64,000 bases of DNA from an uncultured Clostridia bacterium (GTDB taxonomy: Bacteria > Bacillota > Clostridia > TANB77 > CAG-508), in assembly GCA_947626885.1 (NCBI GenBank), contig CANQTX010000004.1, positions 1,735-65,734 on the forward strand. The letters are read 5' to 3'. Both the position numbers and the translations under genes were made by a program. How positions within the stretch are numbered: the first letter of the stretch is position 1; each line of letters begins with the position of its first letter. Below are positions 29,162 to 38,793 of the stretch, one piece after another. The notes under the pieces are model-generated. The model made no database searches. It was not told where the DNA came from and saw only the letters and a program-made list of their open reading frames with translations.

Positions 29162-30091
29162 ATGCCACTTGTAACAACGAAAGAAATGTTTGAAAAATCA
29201 ATGAAAGAGCATTTTGCCATAGGTGCTTTTAATATTAATAATATGGAATTTATACAAGCAATAACAGATGCAGCGGAAGAGGCAAAATCACCTGTCATTT
29301 TGCAAGTTTCTTCAAGTGCTATAAAATATGCTAGAATGAAATATTTAGTGAAGATGGTAGAAGCTGCTGTGGAAACAACAACGATTCCTATAGCACTTCA
29401 TTTAGATCATGGACCAGATTTTGAAACATGTAAAATGTGTATTGATAATGGTTTTACTTCTGTCATGATTGATGGGTCAAAGTATAATTTTGAAGAAAAT
29501 GTAGCACTTACGAAGCAAGTTGTAGATTATGCCCATGAAAGAGGTGTTGTGGTAGAAGCAGAAATTGGAAAATTAGCAGGCGTAGAAGATGATGTAAATG
29601 TTGCGGATGCTGATGCAAGATATACGGATCCAGAGCAAGCTTATGAATTTGTTGAAAAAACAGGATGTGATTCTTTAGCTATAGCAATAGGAACAAGTCA
29701 TGGAGCATATAAGTTTAAAGGAGATGCCAAATTAAGATTTGACATTTTGCAAAAAATAAAAGAAAAATTACCTAATACCCCGATTGTGTTACATGGAGCT
29801 TCTTCTGTTGTACCAGAACTTGTAGAAATATGTAACCATAATGGAGGCGATATTCCAGGAGCAAAAGGGTGTCCTGATGAGATGTTAAAGCAAGCTGGAG
29901 AAAGTGGTGTTTCTAAGATTAATGTGGATACAGATTTAAGATTAGCTATGACGGCACAAATTAGAAAAGTGTTTTATGAGGAACCTTCCATATTTGATCC
30001 AAGAAAATATTTAGGTGCTGCTAGAGATGAAATTAAAAAGACAGTATTACACAAAATGAATGAAGTTTTTGGCTCAGCACACAAAGCTTAA
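29162..30091 (+). CDS. fba: Class II fructose-1,6-bisphosphate aldolase
   Basis: ALHLDHG, FTSVMIDGS, AIGTSHGAYK, VLHGASS, KINVDTD. Promoter TTGACA-17-TAAAAT at 29080-29108. Confidence 0.96.
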   Translation: MPLVTTKEMFEKSMKEHFAIGAFNINNMEFIQAITDAAEEAKSPVILQVSSSAIKYARMKYLVKMVEAAVETTTIPIALHLDHGPDFETCKMCIDNGFTSVMIDGSKYNFEENVALTKQVVDYAHERGVVVEAEIGKLAGVEDDVNVADADARYTDPEQAYEFVEKTGCDSLAIAIGTSHGAYKFKGDAKLRFDILQKIKEKLPNTPIVLHGASSVVPELVEICNHNGGDIPGAKGCPDEMLKQAGESGVSKINVDTDLRLAMTAQIRKVFYEEPSIFDPRKYLGAARDEIKKTVLHKMNEVFGSAHKA

Positions 30092-30100
30092 TGGATATAT

Positions 30101-30136
30101 AAAAAAGTATTGTATATATTTATACAATACTTTTTT
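30101..30136. terminator. Bidirectional terminator between convergent fba and smpB
   Basis: AAAAAAGTATTGTATA / TATACAATACTTTTTT. Confidence 0.8.
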
Positions 30137-30159
30137 AACAAATTATGAATGGTATTGTT

Positions 30160-30618
30160 TTAAGAGAAAGAATTATATTGCTTTAAAGCACGTTTTATTT
30201 TCATATCTGCATCTTTTTTGGCTAAATCTTCACGTTTATCGTATAATTTTTTACCTTTACCAATACCAATTTGCACTTTTATTTTATTGCCTTTCACATA
30301 AAGACTTATAGGGACTAAAGAAACTTTTTTTTGCTGTATAATACCGTAGAGTTTATCAATTTCACGTTTATGCAGTAGCAGTTTTCTAGTACGGAGAGGA
30401 TCTTTATTGTAAATATTTCCAAATGTATAAGGACTAATGTGCATTCCATAAATGAAGACCTCACCATTTTTAATATTTACATAACTATCTTTCAAATTAA
30501 CTTTTCCATTACGAATAGATTTAATTTCTGTACCACTTAAAACAATACCAGCCTCAATAGTGTCTTCAATAGAGTAATTATGATAGGCAGTTGGATTTTT
30601 AGCAAATTGTTTTTCCAT
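30160..30618 (-). CDS. smpB: SsrA-binding protein
   Basis: EAGIVLSGTEIKSIR, HISPY, RTRKLLLHKREI, GKGKKLYDKRE. Confidence 0.96.
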   Translation of the reverse strand: MEKQFAKNPTAYHNYSIEDTIEAGIVLSGTEIKSIRNGKVNLKDSYVNIKNGEVFIYGMHISPYTFGNIYNKDPLRTRKLLLHKREIDKLYGIIQQKKVSLVPISLYVKGNKIKVQIGIGKGKKLYDKREDLAKKDADMKIKRALKQYNSFS

Positions 30619-30874
30619 ATATTCCTCAAAATATTTATATTTAGATTTTTAGAAGAAAATCTATAAACACCATTTATAATTTTCATTTTCTGTAAGCAAT
30701 GATGTCATCTTTTTTACTATACCATATATGGTAGAGAAAATCAAATAGAATTATTTTAAAAATATATTGAAAAATATAAAAAGGTATGTTACATTGAAGA
30801 CATAAAATTTGAAAATAATGATGCAATGTTATAAAATCATTATCGAAACAGAAATACAAAGAAGGAGAAGAATT

Positions 30875-31612
30875 ATGCTAGAGATAAATAATCTTACAAA
30901 AATATTTGGCAAAAACATTGCTCTAAATCATGTATCTTTTATTGTAGAACAAGGAAAAATATTTGGTTTAGTTGGTAGAAATGGTGCTGGAAAGTCTACG
31001 ACTTTTAGAATTATTTTGAAAATTATTGAGCAAACAGAGGGAAATATTTTGTATAATGGGAAAGAGATTACTCCAAGAGTATTAGATAAAATAGGTTATT
31101 TACCAGAAGAAGGTAGTTTAATTGCAAATTATACTGTTTTAGAGCTTTGTGAATACTATGGCTCTTTAAAATTGATGCACTTAGAAGAAATAAGGAAAAA
31201 TGTAATTTTTTGGTTAGAAAAATTTCATATATTAGAATATATGAATAAAAAAATCAAGGATTTATCAAAAGGAAATAGGCAAAAAATCCAATTTATTATT
31301 TCTGTGTTACATAATCCGGAATTACTAATTTTAGATGAACCATTTTCAGGGTTAGATCCTATTAGTACAGAAGAAATAAAAAAAGCAATTTTAGAATTAA
31401 AAGAAGAAAATAAAACAATCATTTTCTCTTCGCATAGCATGGAACATGTTGAATCATTATGTGAAAATATTGTTATGTTAGATAAAGGAAATGTTGTCTT
31501 AGAAGGAAATTTAGAAAAAATACTTCATTCTTATGTCATAAATGGAAAAACGAATCATCGATTGAATGATATTTTTATAGATAAAGTAGGGAGAGAAGAA
31601 AATGTGTATTAA
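30875..31612 (+). CDS. ABC transporter ATP-binding protein (YhaQ/NatA-like)
   Basis: GRNGAGKST, GYLPEE, LSKGNRQK, LDEPFSGLDP. ATG at 30875 follows AAGGAG. Confidence 0.9.
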   Translation: MLEINNLTKIFGKNIALNHVSFIVEQGKIFGLVGRNGAGKSTTFRIILKIIEQTEGNILYNGKEITPRVLDKIGYLPEEGSLIANYTVLELCEYYGSLKLMHLEEIRKNVIFWLEKFHILEYMNKKIKDLSKGNRQKIQFIISVLHNPELLILDEPFSGLDPISTEEIKKAILELKEENKTIIFSSHSMEHVESLCENIVMLDKGNVVLEGNLEKILHSYVINGKTNHRLNDIFIDKVGREENVY

Positions 31613-33821
31613 AAAAGTAAAAGAAATGGTTAAATTTTCTGTGAGTAAAAATCTGCAAAATCGATGGTTTATTTTTTTAAATATAATTATATTGGTAATT
31701 ATGATTATAACCACGAATATAGAAAATATTAAGAATTTTTTAGAGAGCAGAAATATTCAATTATTTCATGATGCTATAACAATTGAAATAATTGATAAAG
31801 AAAATATAGCAGTTGATGCTTTTTTAAAACATTTTGCTAATCGAGAAAAAATTACTATTCAGGAAATAGCAGAAAATAATTATACAGAAGAAACAATACC
31901 AGATACTACAATTGTTGTTGAAATAACAACTTCACCAGAAGAGATTATAAAAACGGTAATAACTTCTAAAGAGGGAATAGATGGAAATGTCTATAATGAA
32001 ATAGTTAATGTATTATATGAAATCAGAAATAGTATTTTTTCACAGGAAAATGAAATAGCATTGTCAAAATTACAACTGTTAAGTCAAGAACCGAAAGTAG
32101 AAAGAATTATGTTAGGGGTGCAAGCAGATAATTATGCTACAAAAGAAATCATTAAACAAGTAAGCACTATGTTGACTTATGTTGTTTCCATTCTTATTTT
32201 TTCAAAAATTGCTAATGAAATTGCGCAAGAAAAAGTATCAAAATCAATAGAATATATTTTAACAAGTGTTTCAGAGAAGGACTATTTATTAGCCAAAATA
32301 ATTAGTGTAATTGTTCTCGTATTATTGCAAGCAATCTACTTTATTTTATATTATTTTATAGGAAATCTTTTAAATAATATTATTCACTTTGGTACGAATC
32401 ATGTTACTGGTGAAACTTTTAATATGTTGGCGATGATGCAGAATATTGATAAAGAAATTATTATATATATAATAACAGTGTTTGTTTATGGAATATTTAC
32501 TTTAGTATTAATGAGCATCATACAAGCTGCTATTTCATCTAAAACAACCACTATGTCTGAAGCTGGAAATACCATTTTATTATTAACAACGATTACTGTC
32601 ATTGCTTATTTATTAACATTAGGATGGATTACACCATATACGAATATGACACCTATTGTTTATGTTATTTCGTGTATACCACTATTATCTAATTATTTTA
32701 TACCAGCTATTATGATTATTGGACAGGCAACGCCTTTACAGATTATTATATCATTTGTTTTATTAATTTTATCTATTCCTATAGCATTTCGTATATGTGC
32801 AAAAATATTTAAGAATGGTGTTCTAGATTATCAATCAAAGATAAAACAGAGAGGTATAAAGCATAAAAAAGAAAGAAATGTCAAAGAAGAACAAGAACAT
32901 AAATTACTTATCAATCGATATAAGCAATACGCCTTTGTTATTGGAATGGCTTTTATATTATGGGCAATTGTTCAAATAGTAGGACAAGTGTTAGTAGGAA
33001 CATTTTTGGTTCCTTTATTAGGAGATATGTTGAATAGTAATCAATTGGTGCTATTATTAACACTAGTTATTTCTATAATAAGTTTAATGATATCTTATAG
33101 TTTTATACAGCTATATACAACACAGGAAGATAAGCTTATGAAAAGTTGCATGCCTATTAAAGAAAAAATACATGTAATGTTTATAGGTATATTTTGTTTG
33201 GAAATCGTACAACTAATTTTACCTCATATTTATCAATGGTTTGGCATAAATCATACAATAAGTGATGTTCTTTCTGTACAGATTGATGGAGAAATTTTGA
33301 CGAATATATTATTATTTATTACATTAGCAGTAGTACCAGCAATTTTTGAAGAGTTATTATTTAGAAAAGCAATAATTAATTTTTCACAAAAAATAGGAAC
33401 AGGATTTTCCATTCTTTTTTCAGCATTCTTATTTGCTTTAGTGCATATGAACTTTGAACAAGGAATATTTGCATTTTTAATAGGAATGATTTTTGCTATG
33501 ATTTATTTTTATACGAAAGATATTAAGATTACTATGGGTTTGCACTTTTTAAATAATGGATATGCTGTATTGATGTTAATAGGCGCAGAAAACCAATACG
33601 TTTTAAATTTTTTGAGTATATTAGCAATATTAAGTGGTTTGATAGGAGCTATTTTTCTATGGAGAGCTATCTTAATGAATAAAGGTAAAGAAATGATACA
33701 ATCTATAAAAACTCCAAAATCCATGTTGAGAAACTGTCGTTATTTATTTTTAGATTATACTTTTATAGTGTCTATAGTATTTATGGGACTAGTGTTTTTT
33801 ATGACAGAAAATTTATTTTAA
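31602..33821 (+). CDS. ABC-2 permease (YhaP/NatB-like) fused to a CAAX/CPBP intramembrane protease
   Basis: N-terminal part has EIAQEKVSKSIEYILTS and LAKII. C-terminal part has PAIFEELLFRK, FALVH and LHFLNN. Confidence 0.85.
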   Translation: MCIKKVKEMVKFSVSKNLQNRWFIFLNIIILVIMIITTNIENIKNFLESRNIQLFHDAITIEIIDKENIAVDAFLKHFANREKITIQEIAENNYTEETIPDTTIVVEITTSPEEIIKTVITSKEGIDGNVYNEIVNVLYEIRNSIFSQENEIALSKLQLLSQEPKVERIMLGVQADNYATKEIIKQVSTMLTYVVSILIFSKIANEIAQEKVSKSIEYILTSVSEKDYLLAKIISVIVLVLLQAIYFILYYFIGNLLNNIIHFGTNHVTGETFNMLAMMQNIDKEIIIYIITVFVYGIFTLVLMSIIQAAISSKTTTMSEAGNTILLLTTITVIAYLLTLGWITPYTNMTPIVYVISCIPLLSNYFIPAIMIIGQATPLQIIISFVLLILSIPIAFRICAKIFKNGVLDYQSKIKQRGIKHKKERNVKEEQEHKLLINRYKQYAFVIGMAFILWAIVQIVGQVLVGTFLVPLLGDMLNSNQLVLLLTLVISIISLMISYSFIQLYTTQEDKLMKSCMPIKEKIHVMFIGIFCLEIVQLILPHIYQWFGINHTISDVLSVQIDGEILTNILLFITLAVVPAIFEELLFRKAIINFSQKIGTGFSILFSAFLFALVHMNFEQGIFAFLIGMIFAMIYFYTKDIKITMGLHFLNNGYAVLMLIGAENQYVLNFLSILAILSGLIGAIFLWRAILMNKGKEMIQSIKTPKSMLRNCRYLFLDYTFIVSIVFMGLVFFMTENLF

Positions 33822-33960
33822 AACATATAATTGGGGACAAGAATTTTATGAAAAACTGTAAAATTGGTAATTATGTGTTTAAGCTATCAAAATAATATTG
33901 AAATAATTCATAAAATGCAGTATAATAAGAAAAAATAATTTTAAAGGAGTTAAAATCATA

Positions 33961-35280
33961 ATGTCACAAATGATTGTATTAATTATATTAATTGCTTGCA
34001 ATGCTTTTTTTGCTGCTACAGAAATAGCTTTTATATCGTTAAATGATACCAAAATAGAAGTATTAGCAAAAGAGGGTGATAAAAAAGCTAAGAAAATCAA
34101 AAATATGTTAAGAGATCCAAGTAAATTTTTAGCGACCATTCAAATAGGAATTACACTTGCTGGATTTTTATCGAGTGCTTTTGCCTCAGAGGCATTTGCA
34201 AGAAAACTAGCGCCATTATTAAACCAATTGATACCGGTAATTAGTATATCTGTATGGACGACTATTTCGATAATACTTATTACTATAGTGTTGTCTTATT
34301 TTACATTAATTTTTGGAGAATTGGTACCCAAAAGAATTGCTATGAAAAATTATGAAAAAATAGCTTTTGCGACAGTGGGAATTATACGAGCTATTTCTAT
34401 TATGACAGCACCTTTTGTTAAATTATTAACTTTTTCAACCAATGTTGTTTCTAAATGGTTTGGCGTATCTGAAAATGATGAAGAAACCGTGACAGAAGAA
34501 GAAATTAGAATGATGGTTGATGTGGGAGAAGAAAAAGGTACAATTGATAAAGAAGCAAAAGAAATGATTAATAATGTATTTGAGTTTAATGATAAAACTG
34601 TATCAGAAATTATGGTACCTAGAAAAGAAATTTTTGCATTAGATATGAATACTCCTATTTACAAAGTGATTGAAGAAATAACTGAAGATTTTCGATATAG
34701 CCGAATTCCCGTTTATGATGAGACGATAGATGAAATTAAAGGAATTGTATATGTTAAAGATATATTGGTATCTACGAAAAATAAAAATGTAAAAATAAAG
34801 AATTTAAAAAAGGAAGCATACTTTGTTCCAGAAACAAAGCCAGTAAATGAATTATTTGAAGAATTAAGAAAAAATAGAAAGCAAATTGCTATAGTTGTAG
34901 ACGAATATGGTGGAACTGCAGGTATTGTTACAATGGAAGATATATTAGAAGAAATTGTAGGAGAAATTTTTGATGAATATGATGTGGTTACTAAAAGTTA
35001 TGAAAAAATAGATGAAAACACATTTATGCTTAATGGTAGTATTTCTATCTATGATGTTGAAAAGTTATTAGATACAGAAATACCAGAGGGAGATTATGAT
35101 ACGATTTCTGGATATTTAATAGAGGAATTGGGAAGAATTCCAAAAGAACAAGAAAAACCAATTATAGAGACTAAAAGTGTCACATATAAAATAGAAAAAG
35201 TAAAAGATAAAAGAGTGGTACGAATTAAAGCTTGTAAAAATGAGAATTTAGAAATAGATGAGTCAGAAGACATAGAATAA
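33961..35280 (+). CDS. CNNM/CorB-type (TlyC 'hemolysin' family) DUF21-CBS-CorC protein
   Basis: NAFFAATEIA, FLATIQIGITL, FGELVPK, SRIPVY, VDEYGGTAGIVTMEDILEEIVGEI. Confidence 0.93.
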   Translation: MSQMIVLIILIACNAFFAATEIAFISLNDTKIEVLAKEGDKKAKKIKNMLRDPSKFLATIQIGITLAGFLSSAFASEAFARKLAPLLNQLIPVISISVWTTISIILITIVLSYFTLIFGELVPKRIAMKNYEKIAFATVGIIRAISIMTAPFVKLLTFSTNVVSKWFGVSENDEETVTEEEIRMMVDVGEEKGTIDKEAKEMINNVFEFNDKTVSEIMVPRKEIFALDMNTPIYKVIEEITEDFRYSRIPVYDETIDEIKGIVYVKDILVSTKNKNVKIKNLKKEAYFVPETKPVNELFEELRKNRKQIAIVVDEYGGTAGIVTMEDILEEIVGEIFDEYDVVTKSYEKIDENTFMLNGSISIYDVEKLLDTEIPEGDYDTISGYLIEELGRIPKEQEKPIIETKSVTYKIEKVKDKRVVRIKACKNENLEIDESEDIE

Positions 35281-35310
35281 AATGGAATAATCCATGTAAA
35301 AAAAAACGGT

Positions 35311-35356
35311 AAATGCATTTTTAAAATATAAAATCATATTTTAGAATGCATTTTTT
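35311..35356 (+). terminator. Intrinsic terminator
   Basis: AAATGCATTTTTAAAATAT / ATATTTTAGAATGCATTT followed by a T-tract. Confidence 0.6.
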
Positions 35357-35490
35357 CTATAGTAATATAGAAATAGTTAAGTTTTGACATTTTTATTAAA
35401 AATAAAAATACTGACTAGACAAAAGAAGAAAATAGATATATATAAATTTTGTATGTATAAATTTTAAATAATCATAAGAAGAAAGGAGTT

Positions 35491-35811
35491 ATGTTAGTAA
35501 ATTATCTAACACAAATAGAATATATGAAAAATGATAGAATGAGGAATGTTATTAAATTTTTATTAAAAAATATTGTTACGATAGAAAGAGATATGAATCA
35601 ATTGGCAGAATATTGTAATCAAAATGAATCGTTATTTAATATACATGTAGAAACAAAAGATATTATATCTTTTGTCAAATTTAGTGAAGTATTAGAATTA
35701 ACAGATGATAAATATTGTGAAAAGATGTATACAGAATTTTCTAACTTATGGATAGAAGAGCAGTTAGACAATGCTATAGATATATTTATAGATAAATATA
35801 TCTATAGATGA
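35491..35811 (+). CDS. Hypothetical protein
   Basis: RBS AAAGGAG and upstream TAGACA...TATAAA; no motif recognised. Confidence 0.65.
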   Translation: MLVNYLTQIEYMKNDRMRNVIKFLLKNIVTIERDMNQLAEYCNQNESLFNIHVETKDIISFVKFSEVLELTDDKYCEKMYTEFSNLWIEEQLDNAIDIFIDKYIYR

Positions 35812-35831
35812 AAATATTATTTGGATTATGA

Positions 35832-36152
35832 TTAATTATTAGTAGAAGTGTAATGAGAGGAAATATCTTCTTGCATATCTTTTATTAAGTGAAGTGTGCC
35901 TTTTTGGATATAAGCAAGTAAATCTTCATCACTGCACTTTGTTCTTAAGGAATTTTTTTTCAAGGTTTGAATAATCTTATTAATATCTTCATAAGAAAAT
36001 TGTTTTAACCAAAGCAAGGCCTTTTTTTTAGAAGGAAATTGATTATAAATAGCAGGATATTTATCAATTAATTGTTTACATTCTTCCCATGAATGAACGA
36101 TAATAGTATTTTTATGATTTAAAATACGTATAGCAAAATAACTTTTTTTCAT
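35832..36152 (-). CDS. Stand-alone viroplasmin (Cauli_VI) / RNase H1 hybrid-binding-domain protein
   Basis: KSYFAIR....IVHSWEECKQLIDKYPAIYNQFPSKKKALLWL matches the YYAV...W.EC...V.GY...YK.F....EA..WL pattern. No catalytic RNase H domain follows. RBS GAAAGGA on the - strand. Confidence 0.72.
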   Translation of the reverse strand: MKKSYFAIRILNHKNTIIVHSWEECKQLIDKYPAIYNQFPSKKKALLWLKQFSYEDINKIIQTLKKNSLRTKCSDEDLLAYIQKGTLHLIKDMQEDISSHYTSTNN

Positions 36153-36267
36153 ATGCATACATTCCTTTCAATAATTCTATACTATTAGTATAATGGTTAT
36201 ACAGCCAATAGTCAATAAGCCATATAAAAACATATAATTTAATTAAAATTATATAAGGTGGTAGTAT

Positions 36268-36519
36268 ATGGAGCAATATTTAAAAGAAAATATGGAGAAT
36301 GGATATTATTTATTTAAGTTAAAAAATGTTTTAAAGCATAAAAATATTAGTATCAATCAATTAATGAGAGATACAAATACAGATTTTAAAGTAATACAAA
36401 GACTAATGGAGGGCAAATTAGTAAAGATAGATATTATTGTTTTGGCAAGATTTTGTGACTATTTAAATTGTGGAATTCAGGATTTAATAGAATATGTGCC
36501 AAACGCGAATAAAAATTAA
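36268..36519 (+). CDS. XRE/Cro-like HTH regulator (HTH_26/YozG-like)
   Basis: KLKNVLKHKNISINQLMRDT and LARFCDYLNCGIQDLIEY. Confidence 0.85.
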   Translation: MEQYLKENMENGYYLFKLKNVLKHKNISINQLMRDTNTDFKVIQRLMEGKLVKIDIIVLARFCDYLNCGIQDLIEYVPNANKN

Positions 36520-36595
36520 GTTCGTGTAAAATTTTTATATAATGTAATACCTAATGTCATGTTAATCATATACTATAAATAGGTGGGTGATAAAG

Positions 36596-37108
36596 ATGAG
36601 ATGGATTAAGACATTATACGAGGATGCAATAAATATAAAAGAAAAAGATCCAGCTGCAAGAAATATCTTAGAAGTAATCATTCTATATCAGGGATTTCAT
36701 AGTTTAGTTTTTCATAGAATCTCACACTATTTATATCAAAAAAAAGCTTTTTTTCTAGCAAGATTTATATCACAATTTGCCAGATTTTTTACTGGAATAG
36801 AAATTCATCCAGGTGCTAAAATTGGAAAAAGATTATTTATAGATCATGGTATGGGAATTGTTATAGGAGAAACGGCAGAAATAGGAGATGATTGTATTAT
36901 ATATCATCAAGTTACTTTAGGAGGGACAGGAAAAGATAAGATAAAAAGACATCCTACAATAGGAAATCATGTGCTGATAGGAGCAGGAGCGAAAGTGCTG
37001 GGCGCTATTCATATTGGAGATAATGTTAAGATAGGAGCAGGGGCAATTGTTTTGAAAGATATTGAAGATAATGTAACGGTTGTTGGAAATCCGGCTGAAA
37101 AAAAATAA
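36596..37108 (+). CDS. cysE: Serine O-acetyltransferase
   Basis: [45 protein letters not shown]. Confidence 0.93.
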   Translation: MRWIKTLYEDAINIKEKDPAARNILEVIILYQGFHSLVFHRISHYLYQKKAFFLARFISQFARFFTGIEIHPGAKIGKRLFIDHGMGIVIGETAEIGDDCIIYHQVTLGGTGKDKIKRHPTIGNHVLIGAGAKVLGAIHIGDNVKIGAGAIVLKDIEDNVTVVGNPAEKK

Positions 37109-37227
37109 ATTTCTATAAAAATTAAAAAACAGGTATCTTTTTTTAAAATTATATGATAGAATAAGACATATTAAAAAGAGAATGAGTAAATAGTATCTAT
37201 TTTTCATTTTAAGAGGAGGTCTTATTT

Positions 37228-37524
37228 ATGGAATTAAAAAAGTGTGCACGCTGTGGTAAATTTTATGCGTCCGAAGTGGAAGTATGTCATGAATGTGAAA
37301 GAAAAGACAATGCAGATATCATGAAACTAAAAGGATTTTTGGCGGGAGGATATTCTAAAGGAATATCAAAAATGGAGATATCTGCTTCAACTGGTATTAG
37401 TGCCAGAAATTTAAATCGATATTTAGGTTATGAAGAATTTAGTGGCGTATATATTCCAGAAAATTCTGAAATGGTAAATGGTACAAGCAACTCAAAAAAT
37501 GATGAAGGAACAATAAATGTATAA
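37228..37524 (+). CDS. YvyF/TIGR03826-like Zn-ribbon-HTH protein
   Basis: MELKKCARCGKFY....VCHEC followed by a helix-turn-helix (EISASTGIS). Confidence 0.65.
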   Translation: MELKKCARCGKFYASEVEVCHECERKDNADIMKLKGFLAGGYSKGISKMEISASTGISARNLNRYLGYEEFSGVYIPENSEMVNGTSNSKNDEGTINV

Positions 37525-37538
37525 AAATAGGAGGAATC

Positions 37539-38759
37539 ATGACAGATATTATACAGGAATTAGAAGAAAGAGGATATATAGAACAATTAACGCATAAAGA
37601 AGAAATGAAGGCATTATTTCAAAAAGAAAGTGTTAGTTTTTATATAGGAATTGATCCAACAGCAAATAGTATGCATATTGGTCATTTTGTTGCATTAATG
37701 GTAGCATCTCGTTTGCAAAAAGCAGGTCATAAACCAATTATATTAATGGGTGGAGGAACTGCGACTATTGGAGATCCATCTGGTAGAACTGATATGAGAA
37801 AAATGTTAACAAGACAAGAATTAGATGCCAATGTTGAGGCAATAAAAAAACAAGCAGAAAGGTTTGTGTCTTTTGAAGGAGAAAATGCAGCTACGATTGT
37901 TAATAACGCGGATTGGCTATTGGATTTAAATTATATTTCATTTATGCAGGAAATTGGCAGTAAATTTACTATTAGTAAAATGATAGCACAGGAATGCTAT
38001 AAAACAAGATTGGAAACAGGGCTTACTTTTTTCGAAATGGGATATTTATTACTTCAAAGCTATGATTTTTTATATTTACATGATCATTATCATTGCAAAG
38101 TGCAAATTGGTGGCAATGATCAATGGTCAAATATTATTGGTGGTGTAGAACTGATTAGGAAAATTGGTTCACAAGATGCTTATGGGTTAACATTTAAGCT
38201 TTTAACAACAGCAGATGGAAAAAAAATGGGAAAGACTGCTAAAGGTGCTCTATGGTTAAATCCAGAAAAAACATCTCCTTATGAATTTTATCAGTATTGG
38301 AGAAATATGGGAGACACGGAAGTCAAAAAAGTGCTAAGTCTTTTAACTTTTTTACCAATGGAAGAAGTAAATCGACTTGCTTCGCTAAAAGATGAAAAAA
38401 TAAATGAGGCGAAAAAAATAGCAGCATTTGAAATTACAAAATTAATTCATGGGGAAGAAGAGGCAATAAAAGCAGAAGCAACTGCAAAAGCTTTATTTGA
38501 AAACAGTGGTAATTTAGAAAATATACCTACAACGAAAATAGAAAATAAGAATATATCTATTTTGGAGGCAATGTTGAAAACAGGAATAGCACCTTCTAAA
38601 GGACAGGCTAAAACTTTAATCATACAAGGTGGTATTACTTTAAATGAGAAAAAAATAACAGATATTTCTTATCAATTAGACGATGAGGATTTTAAAGATG
38701 GATATGCTATCTTAAAAAAAGGAAAGAAAGTGTTTCACAAATTAGAAATAAGAAATTGA
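37539..38759 (+). CDS. tyrS: Tyrosine--tRNA ligase
   Basis: GIDPTANSMHIGH, QIGGNDQWSNI, KMGKT and a C-terminal S4-like domain. Confidence 0.96.
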   Translation: MTDIIQELEERGYIEQLTHKEEMKALFQKESVSFYIGIDPTANSMHIGHFVALMVASRLQKAGHKPIILMGGGTATIGDPSGRTDMRKMLTRQELDANVEAIKKQAERFVSFEGENAATIVNNADWLLDLNYISFMQEIGSKFTISKMIAQECYKTRLETGLTFFEMGYLLLQSYDFLYLHDHYHCKVQIGGNDQWSNIIGGVELIRKIGSQDAYGLTFKLLTTADGKKMGKTAKGALWLNPEKTSPYEFYQYWRNMGDTEVKKVLSLLTFLPMEEVNRLASLKDEKINEAKKIAAFEITKLIHGEEEAIKAEATAKALFENSGNLENIPTTKIENKNISILEAMLKTGIAPSKGQAKTLIIQGGITLNEKKITDISYQLDDEDFKDGYAILKKGKKVFHKLEIRN

Positions 38760-38793
38760 TAAGTAAACCAGTAATAAAAGTTAAGGAAAAAAT

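Noticed and set aside
33961-35280. 'Hemolysin' as a virulence factor
   Set aside because: The DUF21-CBS-CorC architecture belongs to the ubiquitous CNNM/CorB Mg2+ homeostasis family.
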